A stretch of 64,000 nucleotides of DNA from Phaeosaccion multiseriatum (taxonomy: Eukaryota; Protista; Ochrophyta, other classes), in NCBI GenBank assembly GCA_965112735.1, contig OZ218953.1, positions 496,001-560,000 of the forward strand. Reading direction: 5' to 3'. Below the pieces are notes generated by a model. The model ran no database searches. It was not told the DNA's origin and worked only from the letters and a program-made list of their open reading frames with translations. Of the stretch, positions 35,001-47,998 are shown piece by piece (position 1 is the stretch's first letter; each line of letters opens with the position of its first letter). A program made the translations under genes and the position numbers.

Positions 35001-35562
35001 TGGTGTCAGGCTGTACGCACGGGCACGTGCTGTGTCGGGAGGTGTGGCTGCATGCGCTGGCGAAGCTCGTCAAGCGCTGCTCGGACGGAACGCAACAGGT
35101 ATGGGGGTATCTTGGTGGGCATGTACGTAAGTAAGTAGGTAGATGGGTATGTGTGTGGGTATGTACGTATGTACCCGGGTGTCAGGGTGCCAGAGATCCA
35201 TCATCTTAGCAAACACATACACCACACCGTACTCTACCCCCCCCCCCCCCCCTTCCATCCACTGCCATCCCTCCCCTTCCATCCACTGCCATCCACCCCC
35301 TTCCCCGCAGCTGCTGCTGGGTCCTCTGCTCAGCCTGTCCGCCTCTACTGAGTGCTCTCCTCGAGCAAGGTCCGATATCAGCGCCGCCCTCGCGAGAGCC
35401 TTGTGTTGGGCATCGGCGCCGACCCAAGCACATGCGGTGCGGTGGATGCTCTCGGTGAGTGAGGCCAAGGAGTGTGTGCGTCCGCACTTTGCCACCACCC
35501 AAAAGCTTCTTCCTGCTGTATGTGTCTCTGTTCTGTTCTGACGTCTCTCTCTCATCCCCCCC

Positions 35563-35593
<31 letters not shown>

Positions 35594-37311
35594 CTTGTGC
35601 TTTCCTGTCTTTGGGGGCTCTGGGAGAAGTCCCTCCAAACGCCCTCCTCTTCTGTGCAAGGCAGTGTTGACGCCCATGATACCGTAAGCGACAGATCAAC
35701 TGTGTCTCTGCTGCTGCTGAGCTTCTACCCTCGGCTGTTGGTGGAAGGTTCGCCCGAGCTGCTGCCCGCCGTGAGTGGTTTCTGCTGTGACATGTTTCAG
35801 CAGCTCTTGGAGAGCTCGCAGGGCGGCTCACTTACTGCTGCTGTACCACCAACTGCTGCTGGTGTTGGTGGAGAAAAGAAAGATGAAGCGTCGCCTTCGC
35901 AGAGATCGAGGTGAGTGCGTGTGTGTGCGTGTGTGTGCGTGTGCGTACGTGTGTATGCATGTGCTTGCACGTGTCTGTGTGTCTATGTTTGTGTGTGCGT
36001 GTGTGTGACAGGGCACTCACCCTGCCAGCCGTAGGACGTCTTTGTACCCTTCCCCCTCCCAAACCCACCCACAACCGCCCCACGCACCCCCACACCCTCT
36101 CCTCGCCTCTACCCCCTTGCCTCCCTTCGCTCCCTTCACTCCCTTCACTCCCTCCCCCCACCAGCGAGGGCAGGGGGCCACCATTCGCTTGTTTCCGAGC
36201 GGCCGTGGGCATGATGACCGCTTGCTTCTCTCCCCCTGCCGAGGGGCAGCAGCCGCGGCTCAGTGTGCCGCCCAGAGGAGGAGCTGGAGCAGGTCCGGCG
36301 GCCTCCAATGCTGCGGCTCTGGGGGCCTCGGCGGCGATGCCGCTGCCACTGCCATCTGCTCTGGAGGGGCTCATTTGGAGGGCGCTGAGTGCGAGTGAGT
36401 ATGCTGCTGCGTGTGTAAAGAGTTGGACGGAGTAGAATGGAATGGTGTCGACTGGGACCTTCCTTCTTTTCCTTACCCTTACCTACTTACCTGCCTGCCT
36501 ACCTACCTACCTACCTACCTACCTACTCACCTACGTACGTACCTAACTACCTACTTACGCACCTACTTACGTCCCTCTTTACCTACACCTATGTACGTAC
36601 CTACTATCGTAGCCCCCCACCTGCCGACCGATGGACCGACCGACCTCTCTGCGTCGCTCCTCTGCCGCTCTTGAACAAACAAAGGCCCTCCTTTCTATCC
36701 TACATGATCCACGACACAATTTTTTCTAACTAAACTGACTCAACTAACGATATCCATTGCCTTCTTGCTCTCTCTTCTCGGCCGGCTATGTTCTGCCCAC
36801 GCTACAGTGAACGATGTGTCACTTGACGAAGGCCTCCCTCCCTCTACTGTGGACAATCACATGAAGAACAAGGATGGCAATTCCTCCCACTCATTGACTT
36901 TCTCGGCCCCGGCCTCAGAGTCAGGAGGGGCCGTACTCTGCCTCTTGCGTCTGCTGCCCCTGCTCGGGCCTCCCCAGCGGCTCGAGGGAGTGGCCCCTGT
37001 CCTTCTTCAGACCCTGGCAAGGCAGCTGGATCGCTGGGACGATGAGGCCCACCGGACAACCAACAGCTGCAGCAGCAGCAGAGTCAGAGCTGGCAGCAGC
37101 TCGGTGAAGGATTCGATTTCCCGCAGCGCAAGGGTGCTGGTGGCGGTGGCGGAGGCGTTGGAAGTGCTGGGTTGTGCAATTTGTGAACCGTCCCCTCCCT
37201 TCACCAAACTGCTGGCACGGCTCTTCGAGGGCTGCACCACAGCAACAACAATGCCGGGCCTCTCCTCTGGCTGCTCCTCTGCACACTTGGCCCCTCCAGC
37301 CTCCTCCCCAC

Positions 37312-37350
<39 letters not shown>

Positions 37351-37928
37351 CTGCCGCTCCTAACGGTTCGGGCGATGATGTGGGCGGCCTTGGGCATCGC
37401 CGCATCGTCTGGCCTACTCTCACGGCTGCGCAACGCTGTGTGGAGGTGTTGGCGACGACTGCTCAGGCGGATGTGGCATCCTCACTCATGGGCCTCGTGC
37501 CCCCGCCCTTGCTGCCGGTGGGTGAGGGGGAGGAAGACACAAGGATGGCTTTCGTCAGAAGCGTGTGAAGAAGCTCTGTGCTTTGTGGGCAGCTAAAGCT
37601 CGCCCCTGCTGTGTGACTGAGCCCCCCTCTCCCACTGTCCCTTGCCGCTCCTTGCCTCTCCTTGCCCATCCACTGCCATCCCCCCTACCCCCCCCCCTCC
37701 CACATTGGTCAGTCGCTCAAGGCCAGGTTATCGAAGCGGCTTGAGCGGACATTCCCCTCTGCCCACCCGGGGGCCGGAGAACAAGGACGAGGACGAGGAG
37801 GGCATGAAGGGCAGCGAAGACGGCACTTCATCACTCAGGAGGAGCTGACGCGGGGCAGCGCTCGCTTGGCAGCGGAGTGCCTGGTGTCAGTGCAGCGCCA
37901 GCAGCAGCATAAGCGCCAACGCCGGTAG
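32002..37928 (+). CDS. Multi-exon alpha-helical protein of unknown function (weak resemblance to C1orf112/FIRRM-like proteins, unverified)
   Basis: ATG at 32002 and a chain of GT-AG introns linking ORF pieces (32863.., 34601.., 35459.., 36765.., 37662..37928). Leu/Ala-rich helical segments such as KVAKMFNCFALRLAELLG and HGHVLCREVWLHALAKLV. Confidence 0.6.
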
Positions 37929-37954
37929 CCAGTAGCGCCTCTGCAGCAATCCTA

Positions 37955-38335
37955 CGGGCAGGCAGCAGCTGTCGTATGGGCAGGCAGCGGCAGTCACATG
38001 GGCAGTAGCAGTCTTGAGGGCAGCAGCAGCAGAGTGATATGGGCAGCAGCAGCCGTCCTATGGGTAGCAACAGCAGTCCTATGGGTAGCAGCGGCAGTCA
38101 TATGGGCAGCAGCAGCAGAGTCATGTGGGCAGCAGCCGTCCTATGGGTAGCAACAGCAGTCATTTGGGCAGCGGCAGTCCTATGGGCAGCGGCAACAGCA
38201 GCAGAGTCGTATGGGCAGCAGCCGTCCTATGGGTAGCAACAGCAGTCGTATGGGCAGCGGCGGTCCTATGGGCAGCAGCAGCAGAGTCATGTGGGCGGCA
38301 GCCGTCCTATGGGTAGCAACAGCAGTCATATGGGG
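37955..38335. repeat. Minisatellite of ~21-bp variants (TATGGG[C/T]AGCA[A/G]CAGCAGTC) with higher-order duplication
   Basis: Seen directly. A ~60-bp block recurs at ~38101 and ~38267. Confidence 0.9.
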
Positions 38336-39622
38336 AAGCAATGCCTCTTCGACCGCTCCAGACGGGCTGAGGCCTGACACCAGGCTCAGCGTGCGGCGCC
38401 ACTCAACGCTCTCATCCATGCTCTTCCAAATTGAGGCGGATGCACAGAAGGGCGACTGTCTTCTGGAAGCCTCTTCCCGCCGCAGTGATAATGGTGGCCG
38501 CCGCTGTCCCTTCCCGGTGAGTGATCTACTTGGGTGCCCTTTGAGGACTCGCAATAGCTCAACAGCCCACTAGAGAGCAGGGCAGGCACTAGAGACCAGG
38601 GTAGGTGGATTGCCGGAAGAACAGCATGTGCTGCAGCAGTAGCAACGGCAGCGGCAGGGCAATGCGTAGCAAGGGCAGCGCATGGTCAGCAGTTGGTGAT
38701 ACAGAAGCATGGTGCTGTACGAGCTGATCGAGGACCATTTGCTGTGGAACTTGGACGAAAGGGGCGACGGCCGCGTCGGTATCGGCCCTTGATTGGCGCC
38801 ATGATGGATAGAGCGAAGGAGCGAGGAAGCTATTGTCGGGCGCAGAGGATACCGCAAACCAAACCAAGCTTATCAGCTGATCTCACTCCTATTCACCACG
38901 CGTTCACTCACGCTCTCACTCACTCACTCACTCACTCACTCACTCACTCATGGACACACAGCTTTGGTCAGTGTGGCGTCAATGATATCAGACCTCGACC
39001 TCGACGAGTGTTGTGGACAACAGTAGAAAGGAGAATGGAATAATAGAGGGAGGGAGGTACCTTTCTTAGTAAACGACACCACTCTAGGCGTGGACAGGTG
39101 GGGGGTGGGATTTTGATCGTCGCCCTCGTTGTCGCGGCAGCAGCTGCGCACGCACGTTCACACACAGGCACACGCATACGCACACTCACACACACACACA
39201 CGCACACACACGCACACCCACACACACCCACACACACGCACACACACGCACACACACGCGCGGATTCTACCTCGCTAATAACTTTTCCCTGTGAGGGAAC
39301 AACAACGACCGACGAAGAGGCCGCAGAAGTAGCACAGTGCAAGCATACAGTGGGCTGACTTCTACTCAACTGCTGAGGCTGTCGTACCCTGTCGAGTGTC
39401 CTTCCTGGAGCTTGTTGTGTGCTTGCTCTCATCAAAATAGGATGAACGTAACCAAAAGGGGGTGCACGCTGGAAGCACGCAGTTGTGTGCTGAGGAGGCC
39501 CTTTTAGGAGGAGCAGCAGGGCCAGGAGCAGTGCTTGAGTAGCTGTTGTTGTTCTGCCCGCAATGAGAAGGGCCGCAAGTGGCGCTTCCCCAGCTTGTCT
39601 ACCCCTCTCGCTCTACTTGTCA

Positions 39623-40790
39623 GGGGAAGAGGAGGAGGCCTTGCTCGCAGAAGGAGGAGGAGGAGGGGATGACTTAGAGCTTACTGACTCTACCTGTTTG
39701 GATCCCTTTAACAGCAGCAGCAGTAGTAGGAGAAGGACCAGGAATGCTTCAGAAGAGCAGCAGCAGCGCTGGCAGCAAGAACAGAAAGAAGAAGGGGCAT
39801 CAATAGGAAGAACAGAAAGAAGAAGGGGCATCAATAGGACGCTCTTCCTCCGAAGCCATCTACGCCTTTACCCACCAGCCACACCTTCTTCCTACTGCTG
39901 ATGGGCATGTGCCGCACCACCAGGAGTGGGAGGAGATGCATCAAGTCAGCAGGCAACATCCCAGACACTCTTGGCTGCAGCCTGCTGGGGCAGCAGAGAC
40001 ACACTTGACCCGTGACATGGGAGTGGGTCCGAATGAGCTCCAAGAGCAGCGCTGCTGGGAGCCGGAGGAGGTACCAGTGCAATCCAGCAGCAACCAGGGC
40101 ATTGCTACGAGTCCTGCGGAAGCACAAAGCCTGAGGGCGGCGGCGGTAAAGGGAGGCAGAGGAGCAGGGGGAAGCGGAGGAGAAGGAGAAGGAGACGAAG
40201 GAGACAGAGGACAACAATCGCTCTCCTCCTTGACCTTCCAACAACAACAACGCCTTCAAATTCAGCCCGAGCCAAGAAAGGAGTGTAGGCGTAGGGCTAC
40301 TGCGCCTCCGCTGCCGGAAGAGAGACACGCTGCTGCTGGCCAGGAGAGGCTCCCAGCTGCTCCTGACAATGGCCAGGGGCACCCCCTTCCTTATGAGCTG
40401 CCCCCACCAGACTCTCAGCTGACTCGTGAACGCCTCTTCCAACGAGGGGTGGTCGTGCTGGTGCGTGGGTCAGTGTGGGGAGAAGCTTGGGCTGGTCGTG
40501 TCTGGCCGTGCTTGGTGGTCCACGTCCAGCGAGATCGCTCCGTTGAGTTTGTGCCCCTCGACCATGTAGAAGGCGTCACGGGCCGCGCAGCCCTCCAACG
40601 ACTGGAAGGAATCTTCCATACCTATCCTCGGCGGGGGAGGCGCTACTCGAAGGAGCAGCGGTGGTTCGTCAACAAGCGTCTCGTCTCCATTCGACCGCTG
40701 GACTCGGCCGACCTGGTGAGCCGTGATCCCATGTACGCGGGGGAGCAGCTCTGGTGTCAGTTAGGGGGGGAGAGGGAGGGCAGCTCATAG
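39623..40790 (+). CDS. Last exon of an unknown gene with a C-terminal PWWP/Tudor-like beta domain, frameshifted by a 31-bp tandem duplication
   Basis: GVVVLVRGSVWGEAWAGRVWPCLVVHVQ...VEFV...WFVNKRLVSIRPL. The duplication 39778-39808 / 39809-39839 separates ORFs 39563..39901 and 39909..40790. Confidence 0.5.
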
Positions 40791-41723
40791 CAGTAGTAGC
40801 GAGGGACAGAGGCCAGTGCTTCTCGGGTCGGTCGGACATGCGAGCAAAGCACTTTGTTACATTGTAGAACTTAATGGATAAAGAGTTTCACACGCAATAG
40901 TGCAGAACTCTTTCTCTCCTCCACCTCCTCCTCCCCTCCCCCAAATGACATGTCGCTACTCCGACGGCCTGCCGCCCGTTCCCCGCCCGTTCCCCGCCTT
41001 CGTCACTACACCAGCCTCTAGCCGCATCATCTACCCCCCCAAAGGTACGCCATAGAGCGGCGCAAGGAAGGCTACCCGTACCTCCGCGTGGGTGCGCGGA
41101 CCCCGCCACTACCGCTACGTCTTCCACTGCTCACGCCATCGCCTTCTTCTCCTGCCTCCTGCCCCCCCCGCCACGATTGATGCTGCTCCTGGTCTCCAAG
41201 GGCGGCCTTCCTTGCCCCGCCGACAAATGGATTCATTCTCCTTCCACGGCCTGGCAGTCTGCTGAGGAGCACCCTCTGCCCCCTCCACGTACTGCTCCTC
41301 TGCCCCCACGCAAGCATCTTCTCCTCACATCTCAGTTGCAGGGGTGTCCGTTGGCATGTACCCACTGCTTCACTTTGAGATGGAGGGACAGGGTGGGTGG
41401 AAGGGAAGGGAGAGGGGGCGGGAGGTACTCCAAGCAGGAGAGCAGGAGAGCAATTGGTCATCATTTTGTGCAGTACACACTATGTGTATAACCACATGTG
41501 AATGTAGTAAGGATTGGAGCTTACAGCGACAAGTCCACGCCGGACCAAGGGCTGTGCCTTTTCGTCTTTCCTATAATGAATGAAATGGCCAGTTGTCGTT
41601 TGTGTCCATTTATTGATCGCCAAGACCGGCATCAGAGCTCGCTGCACTCTCTCCAGAGTCCCCTCCTCCCGTACATGACGCAGCAATCTTGACGAAAATG
41701 GAACGAATCAATGCGCCTATCTG

Positions 41724-44682
41724 TCATGGCCGGACTAGCTCGGTGGCTCTATCGAGAATCTCCTCCCGAATCTTGGGGTAATCTGGGTACTGCAGAAGCA
41801 CCTTGTTGCACACATCCACCGCCTCTACGAAGCGCTCGGCCTTGAGGTAGTTGAAGGCAAGCTTAAAGCCAATGGCCGCCGCCGCCTCGTGCTCGAAGCC
41901 CCAGCTCTGCTCGTAACAGTCCGCCGCGTCTCTATACGATTGCTCCTTCTCCATCACCAGACCCATCGTCTGTGGCGTTTGATGGGGTTGGGTTGGGTTG
42001 GGTTGGGTAGGGTTGGGTTGAGAAAGAGGAGGGGTCCGAGAGAAGGTAGTGAGAGAAGGAAGGAAGGAAGGAAGGAACGGTCGGGCGGGCAGCAGGGTTG
42101 TCGTCAAGGGAAGGGTGTGAAGCCGAGGGCTGTACGTGCCGTGCTGTGTACACACCTCAACCTACCTGCACCCCCTCTTCCTCATATCTGTCCACCTGTA
42201 ACCTCTCTCCCTCACCTCTCTCCAACTCTGCCCTTTCTCCCTCACCTCCCTTCCTCACGTCCCTCTACCCCTCTACCCTCTCCTCCTCCCTCACCTCCCA
42301 CGCCTTACTGCACGACTTGTTGTAGCTGAGGCACCGCTTGCTGAGGTCTTGCGCAAGGTCGAACTTGCCCCTCTCTACATACAAGTCCGCCAACAACAGA
42401 TACGCCACCTCAAACTCCTCCGCCATGTCTGTGTTGTAGGGCATCTTGGCGATCCGTTTGAGGGCGTTGCGGGCCTTGTTGGGAGACTCTTCGAACATAA
42501 AGGCGATGCTCATGCCCAGCAAGGCGGGCAGATTGTCCTGGGGAGGGGAAGCGAGGGGGGGGGGGCGGGGGGGGGGGGATTTGTGACTGGCGCTCTCTCT
42601 CTTAGGCTGTCTCCTCCCTCTCTCTCGCTCCGTGTGTATGTGCGTGTGTGTCCCCCTCTACTTCTTTTCACAGACACCCCCTCTCTCTCCTCCCTCCCCC
42701 CCTCTCTCCCTCTGAACCTATCCCCCATCTACCTGTGTGCCTACGTATGCCTACATATGCTTACATAAGCCTACACCTGCCTCCATACCTTATCCTCCTC
42801 AAGCATCTCGATGAAGTTCTGCATGGCCTTGTCCATCGACGCCTTCTCCCTCCCCGCCATGAGGAAGTAGCTCTCAAGGACACGCACCTTGGCCGGGGTC
42901 ACCTGGCGGGTGTCAGGACAGATCGTAGGGGAAGGAAAGAGGGGGGGTGGCGTAGAGAGAGTATGAGCAACTTGGGGAGTTCGGTGCCTTTGGTCAATCT
43001 AAAGTGAAGTAGCAGACTTCGTCTTCTTTGCTGACTTGAGTCACTCTAGCCTCGTCGCTTGCCTCGTTGCTTGCCTCGTTGCTTGCCTCCTTTTTGGCGT
43101 GAGACACCTCAAGCACGCACGCCGGAACTCACTCACTCGCTCACCATGTAGCTCACTCACTCACTCCCGCGCTTACGCACTCACTCACTTACTCACTCAC
43201 TCATTCACGCACTCACTCTCACTCACTCACTCACTCACGCACTCACTCACTCACTCACTCACACACTCACCGCCATGTTGGACCCCGTCACTGCCTTCAC
43301 TGCCGCCGCTGCCGCCGCTCCATTCCCACCGCCACCACCGATGTCACCCACCTCCCCCACGGAAATGGAGCTGGGGCCCGACGAGGAGGATGGCCGTGGA
43401 TGGCCCTCTAGGCCCGAGCGCTGCCCCACGATGAGACGGAGCTCACTCAGAAGCTTCTCCGCCACTTGCAGATTGGCACGGCTCGCTCCAGTCACCGTGA
43501 TCTGTGGGTGGGTGGGTGTGCGGGTCAAGTAGGTAGGCGGGTGGGTGAGTGGATGGGTGTGGGCACAGGTGTGTGCAGAGCGAGCCGAAGCGAGACCGAG
43601 CGAGCGGCGGACGGAAGGGTGGCACTCTTCTTCCTCCTCCTCCTCCTCCTCCTCCTCTTCAAATAAGAAGTGGTGGTAAGAAAGGGAAAGCAAGCGCGTA
43701 AGATACTATCCCCTGCCACCCCCTGCCATCCCCTGCCATCCTCGGCCCTCCGCCTCGTACCTCCCAGAACTTGTCTCCGTCGGGGTTGAGGTAGAGCTCC
43801 ACCATGTGCAGCAGCGCAGGCGGACCCCATTCCCCGTCTCGTCGGGCCCGATTGAAGTGACGAATGGCCTCCGCGGGATCGTTGGCGTATTGGTGATATA
43901 GCCCCTTGCACATCTGCAAGCCGGCGTGGGCGAGGCAGCGCGGGTTGCTCTTCTCCGCTCGCTCGAAGAAAGCCTTGACGTCTTCTAAACGGCCGCAGCG
44001 ACGGAAGAGACCCACCAAGCGGGCCAAACTGAGTGTGGAGGGAGGTGGATGGGGGGTGGAGTGGGTTGGGCCAGTAGACAGGACACAAGAGCGAACCAGC
44101 ATCGAACATGTATCGATAGATAGTGGAGGAGCAAGCAACAGGCAAGCAAGCAACAAGCAGGAAGTAGGCAAGCAAGGAACCAACCACGACCAACCAACCA
44201 AACTACAGTTACAGTAACAGTTACAGTTACAGTCACAGTTACAGCTACAGATACTCACGCTTCGTAGTTGTTCGGGTTGGTGCTCAACAATCGCTCATAC
44301 TGCGTCATGGCCTGCTCGAACTCGCTCTTCAGGAAGAGAATGTCCGCCAGCATCAGCGCCGCGGGCTCCGAGTCTGCATTGACACGCAGCACCGTCTTGC
44401 ACTGCTGACTCGCAGCCTCCAGATCCGCCCCCTTGAGATGCCTTGCTGCGAGGGCCATGAGTGAGATCTCGTCCGTCTCGCACGCGCTTAGAGCCTCTTT
44501 GTAGCATCGTGTGGCCTGCCTCTCATCCCTCTCGTCCTCTGCATAGAATACAGCGAGGTCCCGGAGGATGGCAGCCAATGTCGCCTTGTACGCTGCCGCT
44601 GCCTTGGGGCCCTCGCTGCGGGTGCGGTCTACGATGGTCTGTTGGATACTCCTTGCCTGCACCGCGCATGCACGTGCGCACG

Positions 44683-44715
<33 letters not shown>

Positions 44716-47700
44716 TACATACACATACATACACACAGACACACGCGCCGAGTAGGAGCAATATTAGGTGATGTTTCAGCCGCAGCAGTTGGTGGTATAT
44801 CTGACCAATGCATGACAAGACGGTGCCTTGTGTACCGCTGCCGTCCACGCCCGTCCTGTCCTGTCTGACCACGTCGACCCGCCCACCCGCCTCTCTACAA
44901 CCTTTCCCTCCAAGCAAGCTCCAACTCCAAGTCCTCGTGTATCACCAACGCGCGCACCTTGTCAAGCGTCTTGATGACCTCCTCCGCGCTCCCGTCTGCC
45001 CGATGCACCTGCCCGAGTATCCGTAGCGAAATGACGTCCAGTTTCATGGCCTGGAGGTCGGACGTGGAACCCCTGAGAGCCCCGTTCAGGACGCTCACTC
45101 CGTCCTCGAATCTCTGTAGCTTGATGCACAGCCTGGCCAGATCGTGCCGGAGAGTGACGTTCTCGGGGCTGGTTCGGAGGGCCTCCCGGTAGTAACGAAT
45201 GGCTCGGCGGTAGTCGTGCGTGCTCACGAGCGCCCGCCCCACCTGGATAGATGGATGGATTGGGGCAGGTATAATGAGGCAGAGCAGGCGTAACGGTTAC
45301 GTAATGGTGATGGCCGGGCATATAGGCGGGCAGGTAGGTGGGTCGGACGTACGGGTGGGCATATGAACAGGCGTATGGGCTAGGGCAGGCAGGAGGGCTT
45401 CCTTCCTTCCTTCCCTCCCTCCCTCCCTTCCTTCCTTCCTTCCTTCCTTCCTTCCTTCCTTCCTTCCTTCCTTCCTTCCTTCCTTCCTTCCTTCCTTCCT
45501 TCCTTCCTCCATCCCTCCCTTACCTTAGTGGCGAGGGCGGCATCCCCAGGCACCATATGCAGTGCGTTTTCAAAGGCGTCAATGGCGGCCTCGGGCTGTT
45601 GAATGCGCATGAAGGCCTCTCCTAACAACACAAAGGTCTGCGCGGAAGGGAGGGCCTTGACCAAGTCGCGATACACAGAGGCGAAGGAGCGCTTGTCGTG
45701 ACGGTGTTCAAGAAACACATTGGCCTTGATCATCTGCGGAGGAGGAGGAGGAGGTGGAGGGGCGGAGAGGGAGGGAGAAGGGGTGGAGGGGGAAGGTGAG
45801 GTGAGGTGGGGTTGCGTGGATCGGGGAGGGGGACTGTCCGGCAGCGACAAGCCGACTAAGAGAAGGGACAGAAGGAGGAGGAGGAGGAGGAGGAGGAGGA
45901 TGAGACCTACCACGCTACTGTCTATCCTCTACCCCTACCACCAGCCCTATTCCCCCGACCGCCCTGGCCCCTACCGCCCACCCTTGTATACCCCGTCCTC
46001 ACCTGCGCATCGAGATACACGGGCGACTCTTTGGGCACTTCCTGCAAGATGCGGATGGCCTTGTCCATGTCCCCTCTGGTGATGCAGAGCTCCGATGATG
46101 CGATGAGCACGCGCACTTCGGCGGGGGTAGAGCGGAACAGGGCCGTCGCTTCCTTGATCAGGTCCTGTAACGGCACACCACGCACGTACGCACGCACGCA
46201 CGCACGCATGCGTACACGCACACACACGCACGGAAGTATGCACGCGAGAGACAAAGAAAGGGGGCGAGGCAGGAGCGACGCAATCGGCAAGAGGAGGGGA
46301 GGAGAGGAAATGGCAGTGGACGGGCAGGGAAGGGGTTCAGGACACCGAAAGGAAAGGAAAACGACATGCGACGACGCGCTCTCCCACCGCCCGGACAACC
46401 AATTGCCTAAGCAAGTACGGCACGATCATCAAGCGCAACACAAAGCGTACTTACGACCCCCTCGTGCTAACTAGGCAGGCAGGTAGGTGTACACGTGAGT
46501 GCGTACCTCTGCCTCTCCCAGGCGGCCGAGCTTGGCCAGAACGTGTATCATCTGAACAAAGATGCCCACCCTGTCCGAAGGGGTGGCCCCTCCCTGTCCG
46601 CCCCCGCTGCTGCTGCTGCTGTCACGCATGCCTGGCAGGCGGAGTGCCTCCGAGAGGGTCGTGTGCGCCTCGTCCAAGCTGATGGGTAGTGGGTAGTAGT
46701 AGTGGGTAGTGGGGCGGGTTGGGTCGAGGGGGAAGGGAGGGAGGAATGAGGAAGGGTGAGACAGCCAGACTCAGCCAGACGGATAGCCCAGCCAGCAAGA
46801 CAACATCACCCCCACTCCTGCAGCCCCACCCCCACTTCCCGTCCAGCCACACAGCCTACCCTTCCACCCACCCCCTCACCCACCTGCCCTGATGGACGAG
46901 TGTCTTGGCCTTGACTGCATGATAGACCGGCAGCTGCCGCACTTTGAAGTCGCAGGCAAGGGCCTCGGCAAGGGCGTCGTCCGCCGCTCGGAAGTTGTCG
47001 CTCTTGAGGGCGATTTGGGCCTGACACCAGGCAACAGGTACCAGCAGCAGCAGTTGGTGATACAGTAGTAGCAGTCAAGGAAGAGCAGGAGCAGCAGTCA
47101 CATGGGTACATACAGACAGACAGGCAGACGTATGGAAGAGATGCTCCCAAGGGCATTACTTCCGTGTTACTTTATCCTTGCCCTTGTCCTTGTTCTGCTC
47201 ACCTGCAGAATATGCGCGGGGCTGAAGGACGGCCGCATGGACAGGAGCGTAGTGAGGCCTGCCGATGGAAAGTCGAGGTCGATATTGATGGAGTCGACGT
47301 CGATGTTGGTATCGATGGATCCGATATTCAGCATCAGTTGCAATGTGGACATCGATGCACAGGCATGCATGAGGGGGCGTAGGGCATTACGTGTGTCGTC
47401 AGTTCAAGCTCAATGCAGGGATGCTGGCACCCACTACCACCAAGACTTTACTTTTGCTCTGATTGACAGTCTTCTCCCTCCTCCCCTCCCTCCGGAGGCC
47501 GAGCTACTCAATACCCAAACTGCCCAATCCCCCCTGCCAACTCACCCGTCTTTGCCTGCTCAAGCTGCCCCATATCGAAGTGCGCCTTAGCCGTGACCAC
47601 TCGCGCCTCCAGGTTCCCTGGTGTGAGATGGAGACACGACTCCAACAGAGAGAGCCCGCGCTGCTCGGGTGAAAGCACCAGAGAGTCCACTGCCATCCCC

Positions 47701-47785
47701 CCGCCTACACCCCCTGTAGAGGAGCCTCGACCGCTGCTGCTGGGAGAGGTGCCGGAGGACGAGTGGAGCAAAAACTCCTTCGCAA

Positions 47786-47835
<50 letters not shown>

Positions 47836-47906
47836 GGGGGGCGTGAGAGGGGGAGCGGGGACACGCCCACCGCGGACGGAATTCACCCTCCCCCCGGCTC
47901 CACACA

Positions 47907-47998
<92 letters not shown>

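Noticed and set aside
40888-41692. Short ORFs between the PWWP-like gene and the IFT139 3' end
   Set aside because: No recognisable motif; probably UTR or a decayed fragment.
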